Part shown: one piece after another, positions 1 through 12,150 of the stretch
Layout: every line of letters begins with the position of its first letter
Numbering within the stretch: the stretch's first letter is position 1
Origin: Pocillopora damicornis
Lineage: Eukaryota
Assembly: GCF_003704095.1 (NCBI RefSeq)
Contig: NW_020846635.1
Location: 1 to 64,000, forward strand
Length of the DNA: 64,000 nt
Direction of reading: 5' to 3'
Notes under the pieces: model-generated
What the model was told of the DNA's origin: nothing
Databases searched by the model: none
Seen by the model: only the letters and a program-made list of their open reading frames with translations
Program-made: the position numbers and the translations under genes

Positions 1-867
1 GAGACGAAACCCGAAACTGACCAACCACATGCGTGATTAGTGTTTAGATGGATAACTTTTGGGGTGAAAGTTGAGAATGAAGTTGATTCAAGAAAAACAT
101 TTGACAATTTGTAACTTCGTTGACATGGAAACGTGCTAGTGATAGATGAATTGAATATTGTCGGAAGATTTTAAAGTTACATTGTGTGGAAAAAATTCGT
201 AAAACTGGTGCCACTGGATTCATATATGAATGTTACACAAGTAACCTTGCAGAGAGAAAACGGAGAAAACTATCAAAGAAGTGATCTTCGTGTCTACTTT
301 TGTAAAATGCAGGAAAGCTCTTGTCAACATCGTGGTATTTAATAGAAATTTGCCGGTAATTAACCAAAAAAAAATAATGACAATTAACATCTTTAGTGAC
401 CTCAAAGACTTGCTAACCAAAAAAAGAGTAAACAATTTATTTCACTAGAAGATGAGACGCATTTGAGTTTAGTGTATAATGGTCTACATGTACTAAGTAA
501 CTACCAACTTTGAAGAGTGGCTGGCATGAGACATCAATAGTTCTCAAATACTCTATAGTACTCTATAGTACTCTATAGTAACAGTAATAAAAAATTATTG
601 ATAGTACTATAAAATATTCTCAAAAATTATATCATTGATAAGAAAGGAAGAAAAGTTGTTAATAAAGGAATAATAAGTCCCCGAAAGGCAGCTTTAAAAC
701 AACATAAGGTTTTGTAGAATGATTTCCTACTAAGAGATTATAATCTCTTGTTTCGTACCTAACATGATTTCGTTTCTTACATAACAGTTGTAATATCAGG
801 AATATACTTTATTTCTAAGACTTGAAGGCTGTGGCACAAATGGTTTGCAGTATTTGAGTATTGTACA

Positions 868-869
<2 letters not shown>

Positions 870-902
<33 letters not shown>
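870..902. repeat. poly(C) homopolymer tract upstream of CERT1
   Basis: Run of ~33 C seen directly; length may be a sequencing artefact. Confidence 0.9.
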
Positions 903-906
<4 letters not shown>

Positions 907-992
907 CCGTTTGCCTATTTAATTGGAGAAAAAGTGCTCTAAGTGTAACATAACAATAATGTAATATTTAGCGGGGTACTGGTACCTTGCGA

Positions 993-1031
993 TGACGTCA
1001 CATCGAAACCTTTGAACACAAAATATGGCGG
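993..1031 (+). promoter_or_regulatory. CERT1 proximal promoter: palindromic CRE (TGACGTCA 993-1000) and YY1-like ATGGCGG motif
   Basis: Perfect CRE 147 bp upstream of the ATG, followed by AAATATGGCGG (1021-1031); function inferred from motif consensus only. Confidence 0.45.
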
Positions 1032-1146
1032 ACTTTCGGTAGGAGGAGCACGAATCGGCGAAAAGCTTGAATATCAAATGAACTACAGTTCAGTTTCCTT
1101 CGTAGAATTAGTTAGAAGATTCAAAAATTTCTAAGTTAGTTTTAAA

Positions 1147-4100
1147 ATGTCTGGGGAACACACACCAAGCTTAAGCGACGAGGAAGATGACGACTTAGAT
1201 TGCAGTAATTCGCAGCCTCAACTACCAGAATTGCAGGGGACCTTGTCAAAATGGACTAACTATCTGCATGGATGGCAAGAAAGATGGGTCGTCTTAAGCA
1301 ATGGTACTTTGTCCTACTACAAGTCAGAGTTTGATACAGCGTTTGGGTGTCGAGGATCTATGAGTGTTGCGAAAGCAACTATTCAAGTAAGTTCGAAATT
1401 TTTGTGGTGCGAGTGAAATATAGATTGCGTACTAAGCTTACGAAAGAGATGCAGTTCATTTTATAAATCCAATATTATCAATATTGCGAACGATAGAAGG
1501 AATTATAACTCCAGTGGAATGCACACCGATTCTTGATGCGAGAGATCGCCACTACTGCCTAGAAATGTAATTCTCCGGATGTGTCAGAACATCGCAATGT
1601 TTCATGATATCGACAAAGGGCGATAAAAACGCAGCTTGTTTTGGCTTTATTTTGACGTCTTATCAACAGCGGAGCGGTTATTGTAGTGTAATTTTTCTAT
1701 GTACAAAGATATTGTTTCTAAATATTTGCCGCCTGGATTCTTGTTATAAAAGGCAGCCAATGTGATACTTGAATGGCTCTAAAATATTATTCATCAAAGC
1801 ATTTTCAAATTCCGGACTCTCGACCACGCATTTGTCATGCTGTAACACGATTCTACTGTAGCTTTTTTTTCTATTGTTGTGTAATTTGAACCCATTCTGT
1901 AACGTTTTTCGGCATGTATTTGTTTTTCTTAAATAAAAGATTTCCTATAACTAATCCGAGTAATTTCAACCAGCGAAATATTTATAATTACAACTACCCT
2001 TGCGTTCGTGTTTACAGATCTGTTTCTTTGTCTTTGAATTATACTAGATAATCACATGGCTGTGTTTTTCTGTGTCTGTTAGTCACAAATTGCTTTTGAG
2101 AATTACGAGGTTTCTTAGAATGTAACTTCTATTACAAAAACAAACTTCAGTGGTAGACATGACATGATATATTTGATTAAGTCTTTAATATGTGGCCATG
2201 TAGGGGGAAAAATAAAGGAAAAAAGTTTTAAGTAGAGGTGGAACATAAGTGCAGAGTATAGAGATGCTGTAATAGTGTAAGAGGAAAAGACAGAAAGAAA
2301 GAAATTTGAGTAAATGTCGTTGAATACATATCAGAGCAGATGTTGTGTATGTATTGTTATGGCAATTTGAAAGTGGATTTGTTTCAATGATAGTTAAAGT
2401 TAAAGGAAACTTTAGGGTTGCAAACTCCAAATGGTAGTCTTGTTGGTGGAAAATACTTCAGTCATTCAGTGTTATTCTTGGCTTAGCTTTGTAAACCAGG
2501 GTTTAGTCAGGGATGGGGTCGAGACATTTAGAAGCTTGCTCGTGGCTGACAAGGCCAAGATAAGACAAACAGTTATTGCCATGGACTGAGGCTGCAGTTT
2601 AAGGTTTATAGGTTATTTGGAGTGGGTCAGCTCTTTGTACATTCTCTTGTCTTTTAAAGTCGAGAAGATTGGTTAATTCATTTTCAGTCATCTTATGGAC
2701 CGTTTCTCTTCATGATGCAAAGTTATTGCTTCTGTCATTCAATGTCAGTTGTCAGCAATGCAGGCACTGAACATTCAAATTTACCTTTTTTTTAGCATTT
2801 AACGAGTTGACTCTAACCAAGGTTTTTCTTGAGTGTTATTTCTTCTTGAAATCAAAAAAGATAATTGCACCAGATTAATGCAAAAAGATTATAACAAAAG
2901 AGGTGTTTATTGCATGATTATATCTACAGAAATTAATCAGCAGAAGTGCACCAGTTTAAAGCAAGAAGATTATAACAAAAGAGGTGTTTATTGCATGATT
3001 ATATCTACAGAAATTAATCAGTAGAAGTGTCCTCACTGATCCCTCAGAATAGAATGTTGCAGTTGATTGTTGTGATACAATCACACCTATTTTTGGATCA
3101 ACATGTTTTTTTGTCAATCTTTGTCTTTTGCTTTACCTCAGTTCTCGTCTGTTCTATTTTTTAAATAATGATGTGGGGTTTGAAAATTTGTTTAATTTGC
3201 AAAAGTAAATGTATATTGAACACTTTGAGTTTACCTTTCTTTATGATGGACATGGAAAGAAAATGAAAAATTAGGAAACTTAGAGGACAAGGAAAAAATC
3301 TAATCAGTTATACCAAACACCTTCTGCACAAACATTGAGAAACTGATGATGTGTGCAGAGCGTGAGAAAATCCTTGTTTGTAATTAGTCGCTTGTGGTTA
3401 CTGAATTATTAAATGGAATATCTTGTATATGAAGTGTCTATTCCTTTTTTTAACAGCCTCACGAGTTTGATGAATGCAGGTTTGATGTCAGTGTCAATGA
3501 CTGTATGTATTATTTGAGGGCACCAGACATTGAAGAACGCCAGAAATGGGTTAATGGACTGGAAGCTGTAAAGGTAAGTTCAAGCATGTCATTTGTGGGT
3601 TAAGTCAATACATTTCATACAGACAGTAGTAAATGTGTATTGAATTTCGTGGTTTAGTTTATGGTCAGAAATTATTTAGAACTACTTGAACTTCATTGGG
3701 TAAACATTAGATATTGTTCTTTCATTATTTTGAAGGTAAACTTGTGGAATCAGCTTCTGTTTATTTGTTTATGAAACTGCTTTGACCTTTTTTTAATTGT
3801 GTTATAATTTTTACACACAACTTTAAAAGCATTTTCTGATGTTTAAGATATGCTAATGAAAAGCTTTTCAGGTTTCTGTTGGTGTAAATGGTTCATGTTC
3901 AATAAACAATGGGGCTTTACAACATGAACAGATTTAGACAAGGTTCCAATTCAAGATAAAGTTTCGTTCAATTTGTCTTTGGAGAAATATTCAGGAAGAA
4001 AACTGCCCTTCCCCCTAACATTTCAAGCGGAGAAGATTAATTGTAGAACATGCTGCATTGTATATGAACCCTACAGTTCTAGAGCAAGCTGTTGTTTTCC

Positions 4101-7100
4101 AGCTAGATAGAACTACATTAATTCTAATTCATCAAGGCATGCATCTGTAGAACTTTCCTTGTATACTGTGCTTGTAATTTATTCTAAACTTACCCCTTCA
4201 GAGTCTCACAGATCTGACTCAACTCCAGTGAGGAGACACTCAAGAAATGATAGTTTTATTTCTAGCATTGAGACTCTGGTCTTGTGAGAACGTTCAATAT
4301 AATATCTGAAATAAACTCCAAGGCAGTGCTGAATCTGAGTACAAACAAGCTTTCTGTTTATTCATTTTTTATTTGTGTCATTTCAGGCAGCAGAGTCTGG
4401 CTATGGCTCAGAGTCAAGTCTCAGAAAAGGCGGCTCTATGCTTTCACTGTCATCTGTCACAAGCTTATCAACAACAGCATCATCTTCTTCTTTCAAGGTA
4501 CGTTGTGTGTTTATACACTAATTTTTGAAATGATCTATTTTTGTATCTCACAAATGTACCCTTTTCATGTACTTTTACATGATACATAATATTTTTGGGG
4601 TGAAATGTTGGTTCGTAAGCCCTAAAGGTATTCTTTTGGGGCTACTCTCAAAAAAATGTTTCCTTTTCCATCACCTCCTCTTTGGTAAGATTGGGTGGGT
4701 GGGTTCAGTGAAAGAGAGAAACTTCATGGGTGAGTTTTGTTAGGGAATTAGTGAAGCATCCAATTTTGGCCTTATATAAATTATTTGTACCTACCAGAAA
4801 CATTTCAACACTCCTATTTTCCATTCAACTACGGATATGACAGAACTCAAATGCCTGGGGTTGGGAGGGGCAGAGAACATAAAAAGGAATAATATACAAA
4901 CCCTTATAACCTAGCTTTTAGGTAGGGTATTAAAATTGGGATTAAGACATTACACTGTTATTGCAACATGAATACATGTACCTGTAAGATGCAAAATTTC
5001 TTATGACCTTTGTATATTTATTGTCCTTTTCTAATGCATATGCATCCATTGGAGAAGTTTTCACTTAATTTTTAAACTGTTTACACTTCTAGAAAGGGAG
5101 AGGCCTGCGTGAAAAGCTGATGGAACTTGAGACCTTCAGAGACATTGTCTGCCAGCAGATAGACACTCTTCAAAACTACTTTGATGCTTGTGCAGGAGCT
5201 GGTGGGAATCACAAACAAGTTCTTCATATGGAAGGGAATGACCATGATCTCTTCGGCAGCAATGATGGATGTATGCTAATCATTAAAATAAATGTAGAAA
5301 AACTTGTTTTCATCTGAGTGGTCCTATAAGTTTTTGGGTTTTGAATCATTTTTCACTCAGAGAGCCATTAAAGAATCACTTTAATTCTTTTTGTGAATTT
5401 TGACAGATTTTTCCTGTTTGGGTGACATTATAGTAAACATTTTAAAGGGATAGTCAGGAATTTAATTCATCTGTAACTAAAAGTACAGATGGATCATGAT
5501 TTGCAATCTAACAAAATTATCATATGGATTTGATTGATAGGGCTGTTTATTTTACAATTTTTGAAATGTGTGAGTTCAGTATTTCAAAAGTTTCTCAAGC
5601 TCTGTTGCCTTTCTATATGAAGTACAAGTGTAACTCAAACCTTTGTGTTTTATAGTGGATATTGATGCTGATGATGAAATGGATGAACTTTCAACTACTC
5701 CCACTCCAGCCACCTTAAATCAAGCGGTGGGTAACCTAGCCAACAGGAAAGCAACATCTGACAGCTCAGACAGTCCACCAGCTGTTCTATCAATTGCAAA
5801 TGCCAAAGGGGTGGATTTTAGGGGAGAATCTATCACATTCAAAGCAACTACTACTGGTATCCTAGAAACTCTTCAACACTGTATTGATATCATGAATAAG
5901 AGAGAGGATCACTGGCAGAGACGATTGGACAAGGTAAGTTATACATCTTTCTGTGAGATGAGCTTTAACTCTTCATTTTGTGTTTCTTATCATGAGATGC
6001 ATTATTTCATATTCTTCATGATATCAATGGCAAAATTATTTTAGGATTTGTTTCCACATTGACTGTTTCAGTTGATCAGACATGCTTACTGTATGCCTGC
6101 AAGTGAGCTATTTTTGCTGGGCAAAGTACGATCTTTTCTCTGAGAACTACATGAATGTATATGAATACTACCATGAGAAATTGATAGCCACCCTGAAAAA
6201 GGACAGCCAAATTGGCTAAAAAAGAATTTAAAGGACCGGGGCCAAGTTGATTGAAGCATTAAGATTGTTAATCCTTTATTACTGTAGTATTGATATGAGT
6301 CCTTGACTGACTGTCATGGAATTATTTCTAGACCAGTTTTTGTAGCATCTAGAATCATGATATACACTAGACTAGCACATACGCAGTGTTGCCTCTTTGT
6401 GCTTTAGCTTGGAAATGACCTTATAACAATATATTGTATATGTACATTACATTTTCAAGGAAATAGAGAAGCGTAAGAAAGCAGAAGCAGCAATAAAATC
6501 AGCAGTTGTTAATGCCAGAAAACAAGCATTCATCGGAGGTCCAGATTTTGAGGTAAGGATTTGATTTAAGTTTCATGTATTTAAAGCTGTTACATTGTAC
6601 ACATCATTTGCATGGGCTGTTATGTAAATGTACACTGTTGGGTTAATTTTTGTGTGAAGAATACTCAACAAAATTAATGTTTTCTTTAATATGAACACAT
6701 TTATCCAATGAGTGTGATGTCCATCTATTTTTGACAGAAATTTGATTGATTGCTAATAGGAATTTGTCATGTCCAGTTGTTTCTTCATTCTTTCTTGTGG
6801 TTGTTAAATTGGACCCATGCATACATGTAACAGTTAAGTGTTGAAGTGGATTCTTTTAATTGCATGTACAGGTACAAGTATGCTTACAAACCACTCAAGA
6901 TTGTGGGCAATTCTGTCTTAATAATCTACAGTAAGAATGATTATGCCTCGATGTTGACAAAATAGCTCATAATAGAGACCCAGCACATGATACTCTTGCC
7001 AATATTTTTGCTTGTTTCATGTGGTTAATAAGTTCCAGTTTATCACCTGCATGCAATCTTACATTCAGTTATTGCATGTAAAAACTGCATGATTACAAGC

Positions 7101-10100
7101 AATTCTGCTTTAAGGCAGTGCATGTAAAGTGAGTGTCAAGTCAATGATAATGCAATGCAGGGTTTGAGCCAGGCCGCGCCATTGCGCCAATCCCGCACTG
7201 CAATTGAANNNNNNNNNNNNNNNNNNNNNNNNNNNNNNNNNNNNNNNNNNNNNNNNNNNNNNNNNNNNNNNNNNNNNNNNNNNNNNNNNNNNNNNNNNNN
7301 NNNNNNNNATGTATCACTTACATTAAACATGCTTTTAATGCTGCGGTCCCTTCTGTCATTTCTGTGCCACTGTTAATTTAATTTCAAAGATGACTTGCAC
7401 CCTCTATTGTAATATTGTTATAGGAAGGACCACATAGTGCTTTGAATGAAGAAGAGTTCTATGATGCAATAGAAACTGCTCTTGATCGCCAGGATGAAGA
7501 AGAAGCTACCATGGTTGGTGTTTTGATAATCTGCTTTATTTACTTCCCTTCAAATTTATTATTACAATAGTGCATCCTTACCGTGTCCTTTGTAATCTAA
7601 AGATTTTTTTGTCATGAACTGGTTCACTGGATAAAGATGAAGGCAATAGAATGCAAAATAAAGTACTCATTTTTTGTGAACAAAGAATAAAATTACACTT
7701 CTTTCTTTCTCTAAACAGCAAACTGGTATCCACTCAACTCATTAGGGCCTTTGGCATACTCATTTTTAGTTCAACTACTTATTTTTCCTCAAATTTGAAA
7801 TGAAATTGGTTTGTTTTGTTTCAGAATGACTTTCAGAGTAGCACCTTCATGCCTCCTTCTGAACTTACAATAGAAGAACCCCCGCACAGACTAAAAACAG
7901 AGGTGAGAGAGTGCTAAACTTAATTTTTTGTTACTGCATTTATCAGCTCAATATAATCACCAAGTAGTCAATCTTGCAAATTTATTTCATAATTGTGTTA
8001 AACACTTCAAGTCATCCACAGATGTAAATTGTGTAGTGCATTTTGTTTTTGTCTTCACTCTTTGACTCTCAGATCAAATTTGTAACTCTCCCTACAGTCA
8101 ACCATACAATTTTCTTAACATTAGTGCAGATAATTTAGTATTGGATGAACTAATTATCCCCAAATTGATATTATTCTTTATTCTCATCGCTTATCTGGTT
8201 GATATTGTATTGATATTGTAAGGAGAAATTCTGTCTTGGTCACTCATGGGAGTTAAAGGGTTAACTGACACTGTTTCAAAATTTAGGTAAGTACACTCTA
8301 ATTACATGTAAGGATCTTTGAGACCAAAAGAAGAACACACTCACTGAATGCCTTAAAACTGCAATTTCTTTTAAGGTTGATGAACATGTAAAGGAAAGCT
8401 TACAAATTGTTTTGGAAAATGTGGACCACAACTGGAACTTAGTGTATGAAGATGGAGATATGAAGGTATCCCAGATGCTTGTTTTGCTTAATTATTGGTT
8501 GAGACTAGAACTAATCCTCTGTTTAGCACTGTCTCATACTGAGACCCTCATTTGAAGAGTATGTAATATGTGATTTTTTTATTGGCAAAGGTATACAGGC
8601 GAGATTATGAAGAAGGAGGTATTGTACTGGATCCTATGAAGGCTACCCATATTGTGCAGGTACATAGAGGATGATGTCTCAAATGTTCCCAATTTTTTCC
8701 TTGTTGTCTCCATAACTTCACACTGGATCAGCTTTTATAGGTTTCATACAAGTCTTGGAAAGTTGTGGATTTCTACAATATGATTATACAGGCTAGGAAA
8801 GTAGTGAGGTTTGAGTGTCAGCTATGAAATGTCTTGGGAAACAGCAGAAAATAACTTATCAGAGAACAACAAAGCAAGAAATACCATGGTTGTTTCATCT
8901 TTGTATTCTCTTAGAGAACAAAGTTTATGACTGAGGGTCAAGAAAATCCTTAAAAAATTATTGGAAATAGTCTTTGAAAGTTGTGGGATTTAATGCTCTT
9001 TTAAGAGCGTGATTCCCGTTCGTATAGACAAGTTGTATAGACCTCTTGAGTGTAAACGTGCAAATAAGTAGCACTTCACAGACAGTTTTGTTTTTATTTT
9101 CCCACAGGGTGTCACGGCCAGGGAGATGGCTCATTACTTTTTTGACAAAGATGTTCGCATGGATTGGGAGAGTAAGTGTGATTTTGCAGTATACTTATAA
9201 AGCTTCAATATTTTGGGGTCAAAACAAGTATCTAATCTTCCATTCTACTTCTTGCTGTGGTTTGGGGTGATAGTGGCGTTTGGGGCACTACAAGGTGTCA
9301 GTAAAGAATACTTTATGAAACTTACGTGTATAGGATTTTCATTTTGGTGTTACTATTCAGTTGATAAAATTAGATGTATGCAGCACATAAAGAAGAATAC
9401 TTTTATATCCACAGTTTTTAACTTGGAATGCCATGCTTCTAGTATTTTTCTTGTTCTGAAACCGCCTTTGTCAATAATAGATGCATTATCAAAGTCTATT
9501 GCGTGACTATTGGCCCAGACGTGATTGGCAATTCTTGAGCCTTTTGCCGCGTTTTTCACATTTCTGAGGTGTTCTTTCTTTCTTGTGTTGAAGGCCCTGC
9601 CAGAAGCGTGGCATTCCAAGTTAACTCCCAATGCGGACAACAATTCCTGACCTTTGCCCAGACAATACAACATTCTTTTTAACAAACATTCTTAGTTATC
9701 AGCATTTTTAATTTTTACTTTGTACTTCACACCTAGTATTTTTTACCTGTTTATCATTTTACCCGTTGAAGGCTGTAGCGCAAACAGCCGAAAGCTCGTA
9801 TTTTTAAAAGTTTTAGCCAGAGATCGTTTTTTTAAATTTCATAAGATGTTTTATCCTGGCTGCGGCCCCTCTATCTTTTCACAGATAAGAATAATACTAT
9901 CAGAACTGTCCAGTTTTTCTTTGATACACTTCCATAGATTAATGAGGTTATAGATAAAGTTACTTACAGGTACAAAAAATTCGAACAGCCCTTAAAAATT
10001 AATTACAGAAAATAAGATTTGATTCAATCTTTTATAATAAGCAAAACTTTTTTTTTTCCCCCCAACTTGTGGATAATCCTGGAACAAATATTTACCAGTA

Positions 10101-11406
10101 AAAGTTAGAGCATTAAGAGGAATTTGAAGTGTTCAGTTAATTAAGCAAGGTCGTATTTGTTGTTTTATTTTATGTACAGGCACGTTGGAGTCTTCAAAAG
10201 TTTTGGAACAACTCAGCGAGAGTTCGATTATAATGCATCAGATTTTCAAGCGGGTGTGGCCATCGTCCCAGAGAGATACAGTTTTTCTTTCTCATATTCG
10301 GGAAATTCCGTTAAGCGATGCTGGTGAAAGAGTAGAAAACGAAGTTGGACGGCCGTGGATTGTTTGCAACAATTCAATGGAACATCAGGATGCTCCGGTA
10401 CTTGTTGTTGCCGAAATTTTTTACGCTAAACTATTTGAAACAGTTGTTCAGTTTTTGTGCTCCAAACTATCACCAAAGTTTCGTTCATAAAGTTGTCTAC
10501 ATTTATTTACTCTGAAACCTGTGGTTGCTTTCGTTTGGGTTTTTAGATAAATCCTCAATTGGCAGTCGAAAGGTGAAAACCCAGGTTATAACAGTGACAA
10601 GTCAGATGAGTCTCAGATCAGGAATTAACATTATCGTTAGTCAACGAGAACGCGCAGTAAATACTGGCAAGCTTCCCGAAGCGCGGGAAACCGCGAATTA
10701 GCAATTGGCGGTTGCTTTTTTCTTTTTTGTATCTGATTGGTTGAAAAAAGAAAAAGCGAGTATTAAATTAGTCTTCTAGGGCAATCACAGAGCAAAGTAT
10801 TGCACGACTACAGCAATCCCGTATTACTTAAAACACTTGATTGAAACTCATCCTAGTCTACTAACTCAACCAAATGGTATTGTGTTGACTACTGCTTCGA
10901 AATTTTTCAAGTATATCTGGAATGATAACTACATGTGGCTCGCTTTTATTCAAGTCCCATCATAAATGTTTTCTCTTGGCTATTGTCTAATGTATGACTG
11001 TTCTCACTTTAGATGAACAAGTTTGTACGCGCTTCGATCGTTGTGGGTTTGTATTGTCAGACGTTTATTGAACCAAGAGCTGAGGGGGAGAAGCTTACTC
11101 GAGATCATGTAACCTGCAAAATTACCTACACTGCAAATGGTATGAGAGTCGATTGAACGAATTTCTAGATGATAACCTGTAGTAATTTTGGCTTAAAAAC
11201 TCCCATCGTTCACAAATCATCGTTACGTCTTAACTTTGTGTTTTGTGACGTAATTGTCTTTTTTTCTTTTTTCTGCAGTAAACCCGGGAGGTTGGGCTCC
11301 ACCTTCGGTAGTGCGAGCTGTATCAAAACGTGAATACCCGAAGTTTCTCCGAAAAATCAGCTCATTCTGTCAAAACGCGTGTAAGGACAAACCCATCACC
11401 TTGTGA
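1147..11406 (+). CDS. CERT1: Ceramide transfer protein (COL4A3BP/STARD11): PH domain, serine-repeat motif, coiled coil, FFAT, START; 14 exons, 626 aa
   Basis: Exons with GT-AG ends and consistent phases: 1147-1386, 3457-3573, 4387-4497, 5093-5270, 5656-5933, 6460-6552, 7424-7513, 7825-7902, 8376-8465, 8591-8659, 9108-9171, 10180-10397, 11013-11139, 11279-11406 (1881 nt). Diagnostic motifs: [15 protein letters not shown] (PH), [31 protein letters not shown] (FFAT, 7454-7474), [18 protein letters not shown] and KREYPKFL (START). Confidence 0.96.
2866..3029. repeat. 81-bp tandem duplication in CERT1 intron 1
   Basis: gcaccag...gattataacaaaagaggtgtttattgcatgattatatctacagaaattaatcag occurs twice, starting at 2867 and 2948. 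Confidence 0.9.
8054..8264. mobile_element. TTAA-flanked MITE, family A (other copies 24958-25167 in the opposite orientation, ~32028-32234, 45701-45911)
   Basis: ~210 bp, ends GGGAGTTAAAGGGTTAA with a degenerate inverse at the left end; the internal sequence (gatattgtattgatattgtaaggagaaattctgtcttggtcactc) is shared between copies. Confidence 0.85.
9418..9830. mobile_element. Truncated Penelope-like retroelement fragment (GIY-YIG endonuclease C-terminus plus 3' end), 5' part inverted
   Basis: Minus-strand 9601-9418 encodes [11 protein letters not shown]...SRIANHVW...[11 protein letters not shown]...RKILEAWHS, typical of the Penelope GIY-YIG C-terminus. Plus-strand 9602 onward continues [25 protein letters not shown], then a hammerhead-like motif. 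The right boundary is approximate. Confidence 0.8.
9760..9800 (+). ncRNA. Minimal variant hammerhead-ribozyme-like motif in the Penelope 3' end
   Basis: TAC / CCGTTGA-A / stem II GGCTGT-agcgcaa-ACAGCC / GAAA-GC-TC / GTA; the core differs from canonical CUGANGA at two positions. Confidence 0.55.
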
Positions 11407-11877
11407 GTGGAGAACATGGAGTACACTTTAACGGTCCTTGAAGGGAAACCCAGGTCATGGATATCGTCAACAGTCGACGAGGATTTTCCTCGCGGAACAC
11501 GGAACATTTTTCATGTGGAGATAAAAACTTAATTTGGAACCAACATAATTTTGTTATTAAGTACACCTTGGAACATTTAGTGATAAAGCTTTAAGACCTC
11601 TGCTCGCCTCGCCCAGTAAGGTTGGTGGCATTTTTACACAAAAATCGATTAAAAAAAAACGCTTACTAAACAAGCCGTAATGAGAGAGAACGTGAGTGAA
11701 GCAAATCAGCAAAGAAAGAAGAAACGATTTTACAGTACTTATTAGAATTACAGTTCACGACTCTCCTCTATGAAAGCTCCTGATCCTTTACTTGAGCCTT
11801 TGGATGTCAGCTCAGAAAAGCTACTTCAACGGACTTTGGCTTACTGTAGAGTACAATAGAATATCCTCTTGCAAACT

Positions 11878-12150
11878 AGCAATTTTCAATTTAGTGTTTA
11901 AAATGACGCGGGTTGCTTTGGTTTTGCTGTGCTACGCACTGTGATTGGTTTAGAACGCTCTTGCCACCCTCTCGACCAATCAGATGTAGGATCACAACCA
12001 ATCACAACTTGGTCGCCCTTGTTTTCTCACGCAATACGGTTTTCTTGTGTTTTCTTGTTGTATTGGCTCCGCTTTGTATTTAGCTCTGTTCTGATCGGCT
12101 GTCGAGATTTTGATTTTGAATTTCACAGCCCTCAATCGAAATGCATTTTG
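11878..12150. repeat. Dispersed repeat with multiple (C)CAATC/GATTGG blocks (related copies ~10640-10850 reverse, ~60297-60435)
   Basis: agcaattt..tggttttgct....cgcnctgtgattggt....ccctctcnaccaatnagat is shared between the copies near 11878 and 60297; this copy lies in the likely CERT1 3' UTR. Confidence 0.65.

Noticed and set aside
7136-7376. ORFs containing X runs (also 22762-23119)
   Set aside because: Artefacts of translating through N gaps.
8466-8590. CERT1 intron 9 begins GTATCC, like a U12-type donor
   Set aside because: It continues CCAG rather than CTT, and no TTCCTTAAC branch site lies near the acceptor; treated as an ordinary U2 intron.
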